The notes under the pieces are model-generated. The model made no database searches and was not told the DNA's origin. It saw only the letters and a program-made list of their open reading frames with translations. Source: Schizochytrium sp. TIO01 (Eukaryota; Protista; Bigyra: Labyrinthulomycetes). Taken from it: 64,000 nucleotides of DNA. This document shows positions 1-10,911 of the stretch, piece by piece. The stretch lies in contig SMSO01000034.1 in assembly GCA_004764695.1 (NCBI GenBank), positions 2,108,001 through 2,172,000 of the forward strand, written 5' to 3'. The translations under genes and the position numbers were made by a program. The stretch's first letter is position 1. The number at the start of each line of letters is the position of its first letter.

Positions 1-1867
1 CCCTGATGACCGACTGAGTCGATGGCCGCCGCTGCGGGGATACGTGACTCTTTTCTAGTGGGACGTGTGGAGAATGTCTAGTACACCCACAGTGGGGTGT
101 TATTTCCCACAGCGGAAGCGGCTTCTTACCTAATGAACCAGCCATCTGCGAGCCCACTCTTTAATGATTTCCTTAAGTTTTTATTTTTTATTTATTTATT
201 TAATTAAAAAGAATAGAAAAGAGAGGTCCTTTGTATTTTCAAGAGGGAATCAAACTATCATTGGCTATTGCAAGGCTATTGCAAGAACTACGCGTGCGTC
301 ATCGTCACCATCATCACATTTGGGAAGAAAATAGATGGGGTCTGGCAATGACAACGACTTTTTGTGTGCTGCAAGTGCCCTTTTTAAACTTAAATAATTG
401 ATAAATCTAGGATTTATTTCGCCATTATGTTATTTATTTTGTTTGAAGAAAAGGGTATCATGAAGGCGTAAGTGCTTGGACCATCTGTTTGCACACTTCA
501 AAACGCGACGTAAAGAAACACACACTCAAAACTGGGTTGCCAGGATGATTCTGCTTTAAATGAACATCAGATTGTTTGCTGAAATGAGATTTCTCGCTGC
601 CATACGATAGTTCATGAGCATTCGAACAGGAAGTTATTGATTAGAGTTTGCAAGTTTATGTTCTCAAGAAAACAGAAGTACATCGACAAGGTTACCAGTG
701 CATCTCATGCGACTATAGCAATTAGATATGGAGTGAAAATCAAAGTAATGAAATGATATATGATACTACAGAGACATACATCTACGACTAGATCCTCGTA
801 ACCTGATATATTCCAACTATGTGTATGGCCTATATTATGACTTCTTTACCAATGCAAAGTTGTATATTACGAGTCAAATTCAACGTAGTCATTACACAAA
901 TTGCCTGCGCTCTTCCGTAAGGACAAGGAGTCACATTACCAATTGAAATAAGGGAGCCTTAATCAGTTTCGCGCGACGAGGTAAGTCTAGACCATAAAGA
1001 CCGTCTACAGTATAAACCTACGTCATCTGACTGCAAATAGACACTAAATCTGGGATAAGCGTCAAAATAATCATTTGCAGACATTCAGTTTACTCAACTC
1101 GTGGCGAGAAGATCCAAAAATGACTATACTAGCTTGAGCAAGATAATCATACACATTTGAATTGAATATCTATGCGAAAATGGCAGTCACTTGGTCTTTT
1201 TTATTCTTCTCCCTAGCAAAGATGGATATACATTTGTTGCAACCAATTTTTGTTAAAACTAATTCAATGTATTGAGTAGGTACGGCAAATGATTTCCACG
1301 GTATGGCTTTACATTAAAATAGATATTTGCTTTTGTTGCATACCTAATTTTTTCATTTCAAAGGCGATTATGTAAATTCACAAAACTACTAGACATACAT
1401 AGGTACCTGCCACTCAATTGCTAGTAAACTGATGTGAAACGAAGTCAATCAGAATCAACAACATAAAATAGAGTAATTATACACTGATATAGGTTGAGTG
1501 GTCACAGTCAATTTTCCTTTTGGTGTTGGGTATATGGCAGAAAAGTACATATTATTTTCATACATGAACACCATTTGTCTTTAAACCCTATGTTTTAGAA
1601 CAAAGTATGTTGGAGGTAAATCGCAATAAGCACATAATCCTGCACAGAGGTAGAGCAGAAAACTTTACTAGGACAGCATTTGTCTCAAGCGGTTAACTCT
1701 GTGAAACCTCGGGGCAAAACTTGCTTTCACTAGGTACTTCTGTAGTACCTACCTATAGGTACTAGGGACTAATGAAGCGTTGTGACATTCGGCCTCTTCT
1801 GTGACGGTGAGCATATCCCCAACTGGAGCTCGAAGGATTGTTGGTCTCTTGAAGTTATCCATCGTGC

Positions 1868-4726
1868 ATGTCAAGCGCCGCGAAGAGCAAGGCAGCCCCC
1901 TCCGATGAAGCGGCTTCGTCGGAGGGTTCTGAGTCTGAGTCAGATCACGCTGAAAACGAGGCTGCTGAAGCTGAAGATGACGATGACAATGACGACGAAG
2001 ATGACGATGAGACAAGCGAGCAGCAGCAGCAAGAACTCGTGGAGCTGCGTGAAAAGCTGAAAAATGCCCTCTTAGGGCAAAAGAAACTCGCTGAGGCGTG
2101 CAAAGGGTTTGCCGACCAGTTAAAAACAGCTAAACGTGAGGCCAAGACGGCCACTGCAAAAGTTGATGCGCTCAAGGTTACTGCCAAAGCGGAAGAATCC
2201 ACTCGGAAGGATCTGCAAAGCCGCATACGAACACTACAAAAGAACCTTGAGGATCAAGCAAAATCTCATGAAGAAGAAACGAAGTTGCACCAACAAGAGC
2301 TTGAGAAAGTTCTGGCAGATAGGGCCGCAAATTTATCTTCTGACAGTGTACCAGAGAACAATATATCGACAACAGGCGAAACATCCTCAACTACAATGAT
2401 GGTGACAGTGGGGTCAGGGATATCAAACCCCAGCAGGTCTTCACCACAGATTGCTCAAATCATGGGGTTGATCAACACTGCTATAGATTCTCCGTGGATT
2501 GCGTTGTGGAAATTACGTGCTCAGGTTGAGCTATCTCTCACGAAAAATGCTGGTCCCGGAGAGTCTGCGGCAAAACAGCTTGCTTATGCATCTGCTCAAA
2601 CAGCGTATTGCATCTGCCTAGCAGAGCTTGGGACAGACAAGGGTAGGAAACTTGTTGCCTCAGCTGTACATAAGGCACAATTTTCGGCAACAAAACTATT
2701 GCTACGGTTTGCTCCAACCTTTGCCAGCAGCGACCTAGCCGCAGCAACATGGACATCACTCATCTTGATGCTTGCTAAACCTGACCGCCTTCGACTAAAG
2801 TTCCGAGTGGTTGTCCTCCGAAGCCTCCGGGCTTCAATTGAAGCTGCATGGGATAACGGTGTGCGAGGGCGTGACTTGCAAGGTTGGGCTCGCATGGTAG
2901 GCCTGCTTTCAGATCGCATTAGCCAACGTCGCTTGTGCCGCCGTTTACAATTCGCAGCTATACAGCGAAAAGATTGGCGCACGTATGGTGTTTTGCTAAA
3001 AGCAAGCCCACTGGATAACACCAATGTTCTCGATGAAACGATTGTGTTTCTCCGTTCTCGGGCGGCACGACAACCCTCTGCTGCAGGATCGGACATGACA
3101 CAGCTCGTCCGCGATCAGCAAAGATTGCACGAGACTTTGACAAGTTTTCTCACGGAGAAGACCCCACTTAGTACAACAAATGAGGAACAGAAGAGAAAAA
3201 TCGGAAAGAAGTCGGTACAACTTGATATGATCTTGGCTCTTGAATTCCTAGCAACACATATGGGTGCACCATGGGTGCTAGAGCACGTTGTGCGTTCTCT
3301 TCTTCTACCACATGTTTTTGACGAAGTCATTGGGCCAGCAATAATCCATGTTATTTCTGAGATTTGCAAGATGTATGCATTCCATTGCCGAGCTCTTGTT
3401 GCAGCGATTGTGAACCAGACTCGTGACGCCTTTGAAGCAGCACCACCACAAAACAACCAAATCGAGGAGCTGATGAAGGTGTTTTGGGAGACACTCAACA
3501 ATGAGCTTCGTACACCTACACCCCCTACTATGCCTGATCCAAATGATCATGTTATACTCTCAATCCATGATGTGCAAAATGATGATGATGATGATTTCGT
3601 ACGAGCTAATTCTTCTCACTCTACTCCGAACGGTAAACTCAATGGCAACTCTACACTACATCAACATCATGATGTTGCTATAACACGTCCATCTATAGTA
3701 GCACCACGAAGTACACCTCGTACAAACAAACGGCCTGCTCCAGACTCGTCTCGTGGACCGGCAGGGCCTACGAAAAGGCCCACGAGAACACAAAGGCGCG
3801 TGAGCTTCGCTACAGAACCATCACCGACTATCTCACCCACCCCACCTCACCCGCAACCTGTAGAAACATCTGTCCTTGGACCACCCAAAACAAACTCAAG
3901 TGGAACAGTACTAGTATCCTCTTCCTCTTCATCTTCTTCATCTTCTTTGTCGTCGTCGTCGTCCTCTACCCAGGAAGCAATGATTGCTGCTCCTCTTAGT
4001 CCACGAATTGCATCTGCTTCTCCGCCGCCGCCTTCCCCTTCCCGCCCCAACATGGATTTAACAGCACCGGTTGATGCGCCAGGTCCTGTCATAAGCTCAT
4101 CACGTGTATCATCTCCTCCTGCTAGCTGCTCTACTCCAGTATCAACAACTTCACATAGTAGTGTTGCTGATGATGAAAACGAAGAGAATGCAGAAGACAG
4201 CATTTCAAGTATTACCTCCACAGATCCTAGTTTAAATGTTGCCGTTGAGCACCCTCCGAAGAGTAGCACAAATCGCTACCAACCAGCGGACAGTGGCTCT
4301 GTACCCGACAAACCTACGGAGCAATCTACTTCATCGACAATTGAAAGCTTGTCCATAGCTCCCCAACATGCTCAATCAGATTCTACAAATCTTACAAGTG
4401 CTGCCGAGCCCCTGTCACCCAACAGTGCGCCAAGTAAGGTCACTAATCTTAAAAACCCCAAGGCACCTCGTACTAACCGCCATGATGGTCCAAATATGAA
4501 CTCGGAATCTGATTCAGAGTCTGATGATGACCCTGAGCTTTTTATGGAGATGCTGAAACCAACATCCAGTACAACTCAAACCGGCACATCCAATTCAAAA
4601 GAGACGTATGAGGGGAAATCCTCAGAGTCTGTCCCAAACAGGGAAAATGCACATGCGGACATGCCAGGGTCCCCTGCGCGTGCATCTTCAAACCCTGAAG
4701 ACCCTCCTGGAACGGAGGAATTCTAA
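1868..4726 (+). CDS. Uncharacterised 952-aa protein: acidic N-terminus, coiled coil, helical core, Ser/Pro-rich disordered C-terminus
   Basis: Uninterrupted 2.86-kb ATG-initiated ORF. Heptad-rich segment (ELVELREKLKNALLG...ELEKVLAD) and basic NLS-like patches (NKRP, TKRPTRTQRR). No family recognised. Confidence 0.85.
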   Translation: MSSAAKSKAAPSDEAASSEGSESESDHAENEAAEAEDDDDNDDEDDDETSEQQQQELVELREKLKNALLGQKKLAEACKGFADQLKTAKREAKTATAKVDALKVTAKAEESTRKDLQSRIRTLQKNLEDQAKSHEEETKLHQQELEKVLADRAANLSSDSVPENNISTTGETSSTTMMVTVGSGISNPSRSSPQIAQIMGLINTAIDSPWIALWKLRAQVELSLTKNAGPGESAAKQLAYASAQTAYCICLAELGTDKGRKLVASAVHKAQFSATKLLLRFAPTFASSDLAAATWTSLILMLAKPDRLRLKFRVVVLRSLRASIEAAWDNGVRGRDLQGWARMVGLLSDRISQRRLCRRLQFAAIQRKDWRTYGVLLKASPLDNTNVLDETIVFLRSRAARQPSAAGSDMTQLVRDQQRLHETLTSFLTEKTPLSTTNEEQKRKIGKKSVQLDMILALEFLATHMGAPWVLEHVVRSLLLPHVFDEVIGPAIIHVISEICKMYAFHCRALVAAIVNQTRDAFEAAPPQNNQIEELMKVFWETLNNELRTPTPPTMPDPNDHVILSIHDVQNDDDDDFVRANSSHSTPNGKLNGNSTLHQHHDVAITRPSIVAPRSTPRTNKRPAPDSSRGPAGPTKRPTRTQRRVSFATEPSPTISPTPPHPQPVETSVLGPPKTNSSGTVLVSSSSSSSSSSLSSSSSSTQEAMIAAPLSPRIASASPPPPSPSRPNMDLTAPVDAPGPVISSSRVSSPPASCSTPVSTTSHSSVADDENEENAEDSISSITSTDPSLNVAVEHPPKSSTNRYQPADSGSVPDKPTEQSTSSTIESLSIAPQHAQSDSTNLTSAAEPLSPNSAPSKVTNLKNPKAPRTNRHDGPNMNSESDSESDDDPELFMEMLKPTSSTTQTGTSNSKETYEGKSSESVPNRENAHADMPGSPARASSNPEDPPGTEEF

Positions 4727-5044
4727 TTTATACTACTGCGAATATATAATGGAATGAGATGTGTTATTTATTGTGTGTTTTCCAACTTTCGTAGCAAGAA
4801 AGCGTATCAAACAAAGTTGTCCTTTACCCCCATGTTGAACAATAAACAAGGTGCGTCTGTTAATTTCATGAGTAAAGGTTTGTTTTGTGATTTTAACAAA
4901 GCACTCCAGTCACAGCAAACGAGTGATCATTAACTGGAACGCATCCAACAAAAGTATATGCTACCACCACGACATTACAAAAACAATTGAAACCTTTATC
5001 TAATCTGTTTATGTTAATATGGGGAGAAATTGCTGAACATGGGA

Positions 5045-7711
5045 TCACTGTGACAACTGATCTTTCACAGTCGCGACCTCGATTTGATGCCGTAAATTTT
5101 GCAACATATGCATGTGTTGCTTAGACGACTCAAGGAGATCCTCTGTGGCTTCTTGGCAGTCTTCATCTCTTTCATCGGTCTGTGAATGTGGATGCAGGGC
5201 TCGCTTAAGTCCAGATGCGTAGCCGGAGGGGGAAAGAGGGTTTGCAGAAGATCCTGGAACTCGTGCTGGCTCGTCAGGACGCCAACGAAGCATGGGGATG
5301 TAATACCCTGCGGACAAAAGACGTTTATGCTCGCCACGTAGCTCACACTGCAAAAGAGCCTCCTGTTTTACAACCATGAGAAGTTTCTTCAGCGACACAT
5401 CGACAGGAGGTGTGTCAGCTGTACAGGCTTTATCATCAGTAAAAAAAACGGTGTCTCTGCACTTTGGCTCGACTTGATCTCTATATGCCTTTGCATCAGT
5501 TTGCATTTTACACAGATAATTAGATCCAAGATAGTTAAACGGGTGCGGTCGCCAAAGCTGTTCGCGCCATGCAACAATGTCTTGAACTACGGCAATAGAT
5601 GACGCGCGAAGATCTACCAAACACATTTGCTTTTGAATGGCCATCTGGGCTTCTTGGTGCTGCGACTCCCCGTCGCCTTCACTGCTGCGATCAGCGTCCG
5701 TGTTGGAATGATCCTTAGTATTTGAGTCAACGTCATCTTCTTCCTCCTGTTCATCCTCGTAGTGCGACTGGCGTTGATTTCTTGATCGGTGAGAGCTTTT
5801 GGAAATCCGGGAGACCAGCTGCAACAAAGACTCCAGATTTGCCTCACGTTTTTGAATAGCTCGCAATACCGTAAGAGTGGACCGACGGTGTTGCGTTAGC
5901 AAATAGTGCTGCTCGCGAAGACGAGCTAGCGTAGCAGGTGCAGGCTTGTTACACGGCCGCTTGCGTGGGAAGTATGTGTTACGAAAAAATTCGCGATCTC
6001 TTTTGGGGATGTGTAGCTGCTCCCAAAAGGTTGTTATCTCTTCACAGAGTGTCTCAACTTCCACACCTGCCTTTGAGCGTGGGCGGCGCTTCATTGATTT
6101 TGAGGACTGACTACTCTGTAATCTCGCGCTCGAGGACGTAGTCTTTTTCGTCTTTAAAGGAGCCAACCTGCCAGATGCAGATCGAGTTTTCTTTAATTTA
6201 CGAACTGCACGAGGACCCGATCCACGAATGGGTTCATCAAGGGCATGACTTCGTGTGAAATCAGTGTCCCAGCCAGCCTCCCTTCTTCTCAATTGGTCAT
6301 ACGTTGGCTTGGGTCCCAGGCTGCGAAGTGGAATTTGTAAATTAGATTGTGGCGTCGCAGATGAAAGCTTGAGATGGGATTGAAGTGCAGCTGACCGCAC
6401 TGGTGTTTCCTGCAAAGCTGGGCCATGACTATAATTCATATTAAGCTTTGGAGTAGCAGACTTAGGGCGAGCTAAACTTGCTGACTTGGGGCGTGTTGAT
6501 CGAGAGATGCGGTCCTGTTTAAGTTTCTCAGAATCAAAGCTCGTAGGAGAATTCATTGGCTTTTGCCTACGAGGCATTGCAGATGCGGGTCTTGCGCGAG
6601 ATGGATTTCGGCCTTGCGATTCAGAGATAGAGTTAAACAGTATTTTTTCACCTTGCAAGGACCCGTCGCTATCATCCCCGTCATCCTCGTCAATGTCTGA
6701 AAACTCATCCTCGTTGCTACTTTCGTCAGATTGATTGTGTTCGTGTTCTGATTCTGTATTGTTTTGGCCATCCCGATGCTCAGTAACACCAGAGTTAGTT
6801 TCTCGATGTTTATTCTTGTTGCTGAGACTACCGTCACTGCGGCTGACGCTGCCATTCTCGCGTGAACTTGATTTATTTGGTTTACTCTCCAATTCTGCAT
6901 CCTTCTGGGTGCTCCTTTGACGGGTAACATCCAATTCTGCTTCAGCACTTTTATTCATACTACTCAAACTCTCTGATCTAACGCTTTTCTTGTCATGCAA
7001 GCTTTTTGTGCTTTCTGTGGATTGACTGTCCAGGTTATTCGACTCATGATCTTTTGTTTGTCTCCGAAATGGTTTCTTGTTAGCTTCATCAGGTTGATTG
7101 CTTCTTCGCTCGTCATGAGCCTCCTTCTTCGTAGCCGTAGCATCTTTTTGAACTCGATTTTCCTCTTTTTGCGACGATTGTTCAGGTAGCTCTTGAAGAT
7201 CTCTGTCTACTTTCAAAGGTTTAATATTATCTGTGGATAGATTTGTGCCACTTAACCTCTGGTTTTGCTCAGGCACGTTTGAACTGTTTTGGCGAGCTCT
7301 TTCGATTCCAGTTTTGCTTAATCTTTGATGTTTTTTAGTTGAGCTGCTTTGAGATGAGCTGCTTTGAGATGAGCTGCTTTTAGATGAGCTGCTTTGAGAT
7401 GAGCTGCTTTTAGATGAGCTGCTTTTAGATGAGCTGCTTTGAGATGAGCTGCTTTGAGATGAGCTACTTTGAGATGAGACTTTGCTTCTTTCTGATTGGT
7501 TTCCGTCTCTCTCAAGATTGGCATCTCTGGGAGTCTCATTCTTCAGAACTGCATCACCAGTATCGTACATATTATCATCAAAGGCATTCATAATAGAGTC
7601 AACCTCTCCAGTTTCGCTACTATCCCCTAGGTTCTCCAACAAATTGCTCTTGGAATTAGACACCTCACTAGTCTCACCCTTTTCCTGAACGGTTAATAGA
7701 TTGAGTATCAT
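5045..7711 (-). CDS. Uncharacterised protein, main (3') part; low-complexity N-region and helical C-terminal domain
   Basis: 888-aa ORF. The C-terminal region has the ordered motifs EITTFWEQLHIPKRDREFF and LRASSIAVVQDIVAWR...PFNYLGSNYLCKMQTD. Probably continuous with 7674..8144 across a frame change. Confidence 0.8.
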   Translation of the reverse strand: MILNLLTVQEKGETSEVSNSKSNLLENLGDSSETGEVDSIMNAFDDNMYDTGDAVLKNETPRDANLERDGNQSERSKVSSQSSSSQSSSSQSSSSKSSSSKSSSSQSSSSKSSSSQSSSSQSSSTKKHQRLSKTGIERARQNSSNVPEQNQRLSGTNLSTDNIKPLKVDRDLQELPEQSSQKEENRVQKDATATKKEAHDERRSNQPDEANKKPFRRQTKDHESNNLDSQSTESTKSLHDKKSVRSESLSSMNKSAEAELDVTRQRSTQKDAELESKPNKSSSRENGSVSRSDGSLSNKNKHRETNSGVTEHRDGQNNTESEHEHNQSDESSNEDEFSDIDEDDGDDSDGSLQGEKILFNSISESQGRNPSRARPASAMPRRQKPMNSPTSFDSEKLKQDRISRSTRPKSASLARPKSATPKLNMNYSHGPALQETPVRSAALQSHLKLSSATPQSNLQIPLRSLGPKPTYDQLRRREAGWDTDFTRSHALDEPIRGSGPRAVRKLKKTRSASGRLAPLKTKKTTSSSARLQSSQSSKSMKRRPRSKAGVEVETLCEEITTFWEQLHIPKRDREFFRNTYFPRKRPCNKPAPATLARLREQHYLLTQHRRSTLTVLRAIQKREANLESLLQLVSRISKSSHRSRNQRQSHYEDEQEEEDDVDSNTKDHSNTDADRSSEGDGESQHQEAQMAIQKQMCLVDLRASSIAVVQDIVAWREQLWRPHPFNYLGSNYLCKMQTDAKAYRDQVEPKCRDTVFFTDDKACTADTPPVDVSLKKLLMVVKQEALLQCELRGEHKRLLSAGYYIPMLRWRPDEPARVPGSSANPLSPSGYASGLKRALHPHSQTDERDEDCQEATEDLLESSKQHMHMLQNLRHQIEVATVKDQLSQ
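7341..7475 (-). repeat. Coding 15-bp tandem repeat, 9 copies, encoding (SSSS[Q/K])n
   Basis: Plus-strand unit GAGCTGCTTT[G/T]AGAT repeated directly. Confidence 0.95.
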
Positions 7712-8144
7712 TTTCTTTGGATTCTTCCATCTTATGCTCTCCTATTTCGCTCTCACGCTTCGGTTGCATGTCGTGATCCTGCACAGGGCTTTTGGCAGCC
7801 GAAGGGGTATTCGCCTCCAGCACAGTTTCCTTTTCCTCCTCCTCCTCCTCCTCCTCCTGTTTCTGTTTTGCACTTCCACTATGAGGCTCGGGAATATCTT
7901 GTTGCTCTGATTCCTTAGGTTCTTGACTCAAATTTGCGATGGTTTTCGGAGATGCGGCGCCATTCTCATTCTTATCAAACTCTTTAACAGCCTCTGCAAA
8001 GTATGCCTCTGGATCGTCTTCGCTGTAAAAGCTATCGTCTTCACTCATATCATCACCAGCTAGCAGCTTTTCAGCCTCGCGCGCAATGTCATGCTGTATA
8101 TTCGTAGACCTAGCAGCTTCATCAGCAGCTTCAGGCTCGCTCAT
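7674..8144 (-). CDS. Probable 5' part of the 5045..7711 gene (acidic, 156 aa)
   Basis: Starts at acaATG and has the same Glu/Ser-rich composition as the downstream ORF. Overlaps it by 38 nt in another frame and ends AAA-GGG-TGA. Confidence 0.65.
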   Translation of the reverse strand: MSEPEAADEAARSTNIQHDIAREAEKLLAGDDMSEDDSFYSEDDPEAYFAEAVKEFDKNENGAASPKTIANLSQEPKESEQQDIPEPHSGSAKQKQEEEEEEEEKETVLEANTPSAAKSPVQDHDMQPKRESEIGEHKMEESKENDTQSINRSGKG

Positions 8145-8984
8145 TGTCTCTTGAACAGAAATTTAATCCAGCAAGCATCAGACCTGTGCTGTCTTCCGCC
8201 TCTAGGCCCGAAGGCCAACCCAGGTTTAGCCTCTGAGCAGACTGATAAGCTTTAGCTCGTCCGCAATAATTCCTTTCTCGAGACAGGCTGCTCCACCTCC
8301 CTGGTGGCAGTGTTATTGATAAGTGTTTTCAATTCCATCATGAGGACCTTCACTTCCTTACCCACAACTTCAACGGACACATTACATTGCAAACTCCAGA
8401 CGGGGAGGTTTCCCCGAAGCTATTTATTTATCCGTCTCCCCATATCCTTGCCATCTCGATCATAATCTCGGCAAAACCGGCAAAATGAAAGAATCTGAAA
8501 CATTGTTCCTTATAACGAATGGTGGTTATTCTGACTTCGAGTCAACGTTCATTCAGTTCCAGTGCTTGTGCGGGGTCGGGATTCTCGCAAGCCCATAAGT
8601 CCCCCCCGCTTCAGAGACCAACGCCGCGCAGGCTTCTTTGACAACGAGTTATCAAGCAAGCCAAGTGTAGAGCTGATTCTCACCTAAAACAACTAAAAGT
8701 CCGTCAAAAAGGCAGATTCCCTTTCGATTGCTAGCAATTGGTATATGACTCTTACAGGTGCGTCTGAATTGCGCGATCGTAGTTACTTTTGAATGGAAGT
8801 TATAAAACACGTGCGAAATCTAATATGAGCACAATCTAAAACTGAGATCACTGCAAACGCCAATGACGATTACTGCCGATTACGATTTCCCTGCCTTTGG
8901 AAACCCAGGCCATTCAAGAAGGTTGGGCCGTCCAGGACCATCGAGCCTCAAGCCTTCGTTCGTGTTGTACGGCATAGATTGACA

Positions 8985-9006
8985 GATTGATTGATTGATT
9001 GATTGA
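8985..9006. repeat. (GATT)n microsatellite
   Basis: gattgattgattgattgattga read directly. Confidence 0.85.
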
Positions 9007-9507
9007 TAGATATAGATACTCTTGCACGAGACAGACAATAATGTGGACATGGATGGCTCCTCCACAAAACCCGCGCAGCTTCGAGATGATCAGCCAAAGC
9101 AGCACCACGACGTCAAAGGCGCAATCGCAGACGGCCTCGTGCGGTGTGAGATGGGGAACTTACCACGGGCTTTTGCTGCCATTCTGAAGTAGCTTTTCAG
9201 AGACACGATCGATCCTAAGTGTTTGCAGGACACGGATTGGATGGTCTTGGCAGCCGAGGGATGTGGCCTAATACTCCCAAGATACACCCCTTAGGTCAGG
9301 CAAGCATATGGAGTAAAGTATGGGACGGGAAATTGTAGGGCTACGATGGACGTTTAGGGGTGCAGATGGACTTAGAAAGCTTTTAGAGTATCATGATGAA
9401 GTACTGGGATCTGCAGCTTCAGATCGCTCGGCACGGAAGCAAACCCGAATCATCCACGTCGGAAAAACCGGCCTTAACACACTCTGCTGGAGACCAACCT
9501 CTTCACG

Positions 9508-10911
9508 ATGATCCGTGCTAGTGTTATCTTCGTCATCCTGGCGCTCGCCTTCTCGGCTGTGTCGGCCTTCGAGCCCACCAAGGTTACCCTCGCCGAGCTT
9601 GAGGATGACTTTCTCTTCCAGTCCTCCGGCGCCAACAAGAATTTCATGAAGGCCCTCCGCAACGAGGGTGTGGTCCAGGTCTCTGAAATCCCTGGATTCG
9701 CTCAGACTCGTGTCGAGACTCTTGCTCTTGGCGTGCGCTGCTCTGCCGAGTCCAAGGCTGCCCACACCTCCGTTCTTGGCGACGGCACTCACCGTCGCTC
9801 TCTCGGTACTGTGCCCGGCTCTGGCTTTGACCACGGCGATGTCGTGCCCGAGTCCTGTGTCGAATTTGACCGCGCTAGCACCCAGCTTCGCAACATGGTT
9901 GAAGAGGTGACTCTCCGCTTTGCCGAGCGCATTGCTGACAACCTCCCCGCAAGCGTCTTCCTCGAGACCGCCGAGAACGACCCTGAAGGCCGCAAGACTT
10001 ACAACAACATGGACGACATTGTCCGTGACAGTCAGCAGCTCGAGCACTTTCACTCTTACAACCGCAAGAACGTGAACTCCCAAGAAACCGTCGACCTCCA
10101 CTTGGACCAGGGTCTCTTCATTGCTTTCACCCCTGCTCTCATGTTTCATGCTGAGAACGGCGAGGTCCTTGATGTCGAGGCTGGCAAGTTCTTTGTTCAG
10201 ATGCCCGACTACAGTCGTGAGCAGCTCGAGTTTGCTGATGGCGGCAACGTGATTGTGTTCATGCTTGGTGATGGTATCAACCAGATTGTCAACCCGGTCT
10301 TGGCCTACCATGGTCACCAGGAGCTTCGTGCCGCCCCGCACGCTATGCAGATGCCGGAGGAGGGCATTGCCTCTTCTGTTGATGCTTGGCGTTCTTGGTA
10401 CGGCCGCATGTACTTGCCGCCTGCTCGCGCTATCAACTCGGACCACGGCAAGCCGTTCGGTGTCATGCGTGAGAACTCTATTCGCGCCAGTCTTGAGGGT
10501 GACAAGGATGGTATGGCAATTGGTTGCTCTGGTGATCTCTTTGCTCGTGAGCTTGCCAGCTCTTCTTGTGAGGCTAACCAGGTTTACTGCTGGCACCGTT
10601 GCCAGAACTACACTGACACCGCAAGCCCGGAGTACTGTGCTGCTGAGGGTCTCGGCTTCAACTGCACTGACACTGACAGCACCTCTTCTACTTACGGTGA
10701 GATCTGGATGTCCTGGAGTGGCCACGGCTCCAAGTACGCACCGGGCTGCACCAACTCGACCACCATCATCACTCAGTCTCCGACCACCGAGTCCCCCACC
10801 ACCGTCCCTTCTGCAGCTCCCACTTTCTCTCCTACCGCCCCTAGCTCTGCCGCCTCTGTTTCTAGCAGCATTGCTATTGTGGTGGCTCTCCTCGCCCAGT
10901 TTGCTTTTTAA
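9508..10911 (+). CDS. Secreted, probably GPI-anchored 2OG-Fe(II) dioxygenase-like protein (copy A, 467 aa)
   Basis: Signal peptide MIRASVIFVILALAFSAVSA; HxD motif (HLDQG), distal His (AAPHA) and RSWYGRM. Followed by a six-Cys module, a Ser/Thr/Pro stalk and a hydrophobic C-terminal tail. Strong codon bias. Confidence 0.8.
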   Translation: MIRASVIFVILALAFSAVSAFEPTKVTLAELEDDFLFQSSGANKNFMKALRNEGVVQVSEIPGFAQTRVETLALGVRCSAESKAAHTSVLGDGTHRRSLGTVPGSGFDHGDVVPESCVEFDRASTQLRNMVEEVTLRFAERIADNLPASVFLETAENDPEGRKTYNNMDDIVRDSQQLEHFHSYNRKNVNSQETVDLHLDQGLFIAFTPALMFHAENGEVLDVEAGKFFVQMPDYSREQLEFADGGNVIVFMLGDGINQIVNPVLAYHGHQELRAAPHAMQMPEEGIASSVDAWRSWYGRMYLPPARAINSDHGKPFGVMRENSIRASLEGDKDGMAIGCSGDLFARELASSSCEANQVYCWHRCQNYTDTASPEYCAAEGLGFNCTDTDSTSSTYGEIWMSWSGHGSKYAPGCTNSTTIITQSPTTESPTTVPSAAPTFSPTAPSSAASVSSSIAIVVALLAQFAF

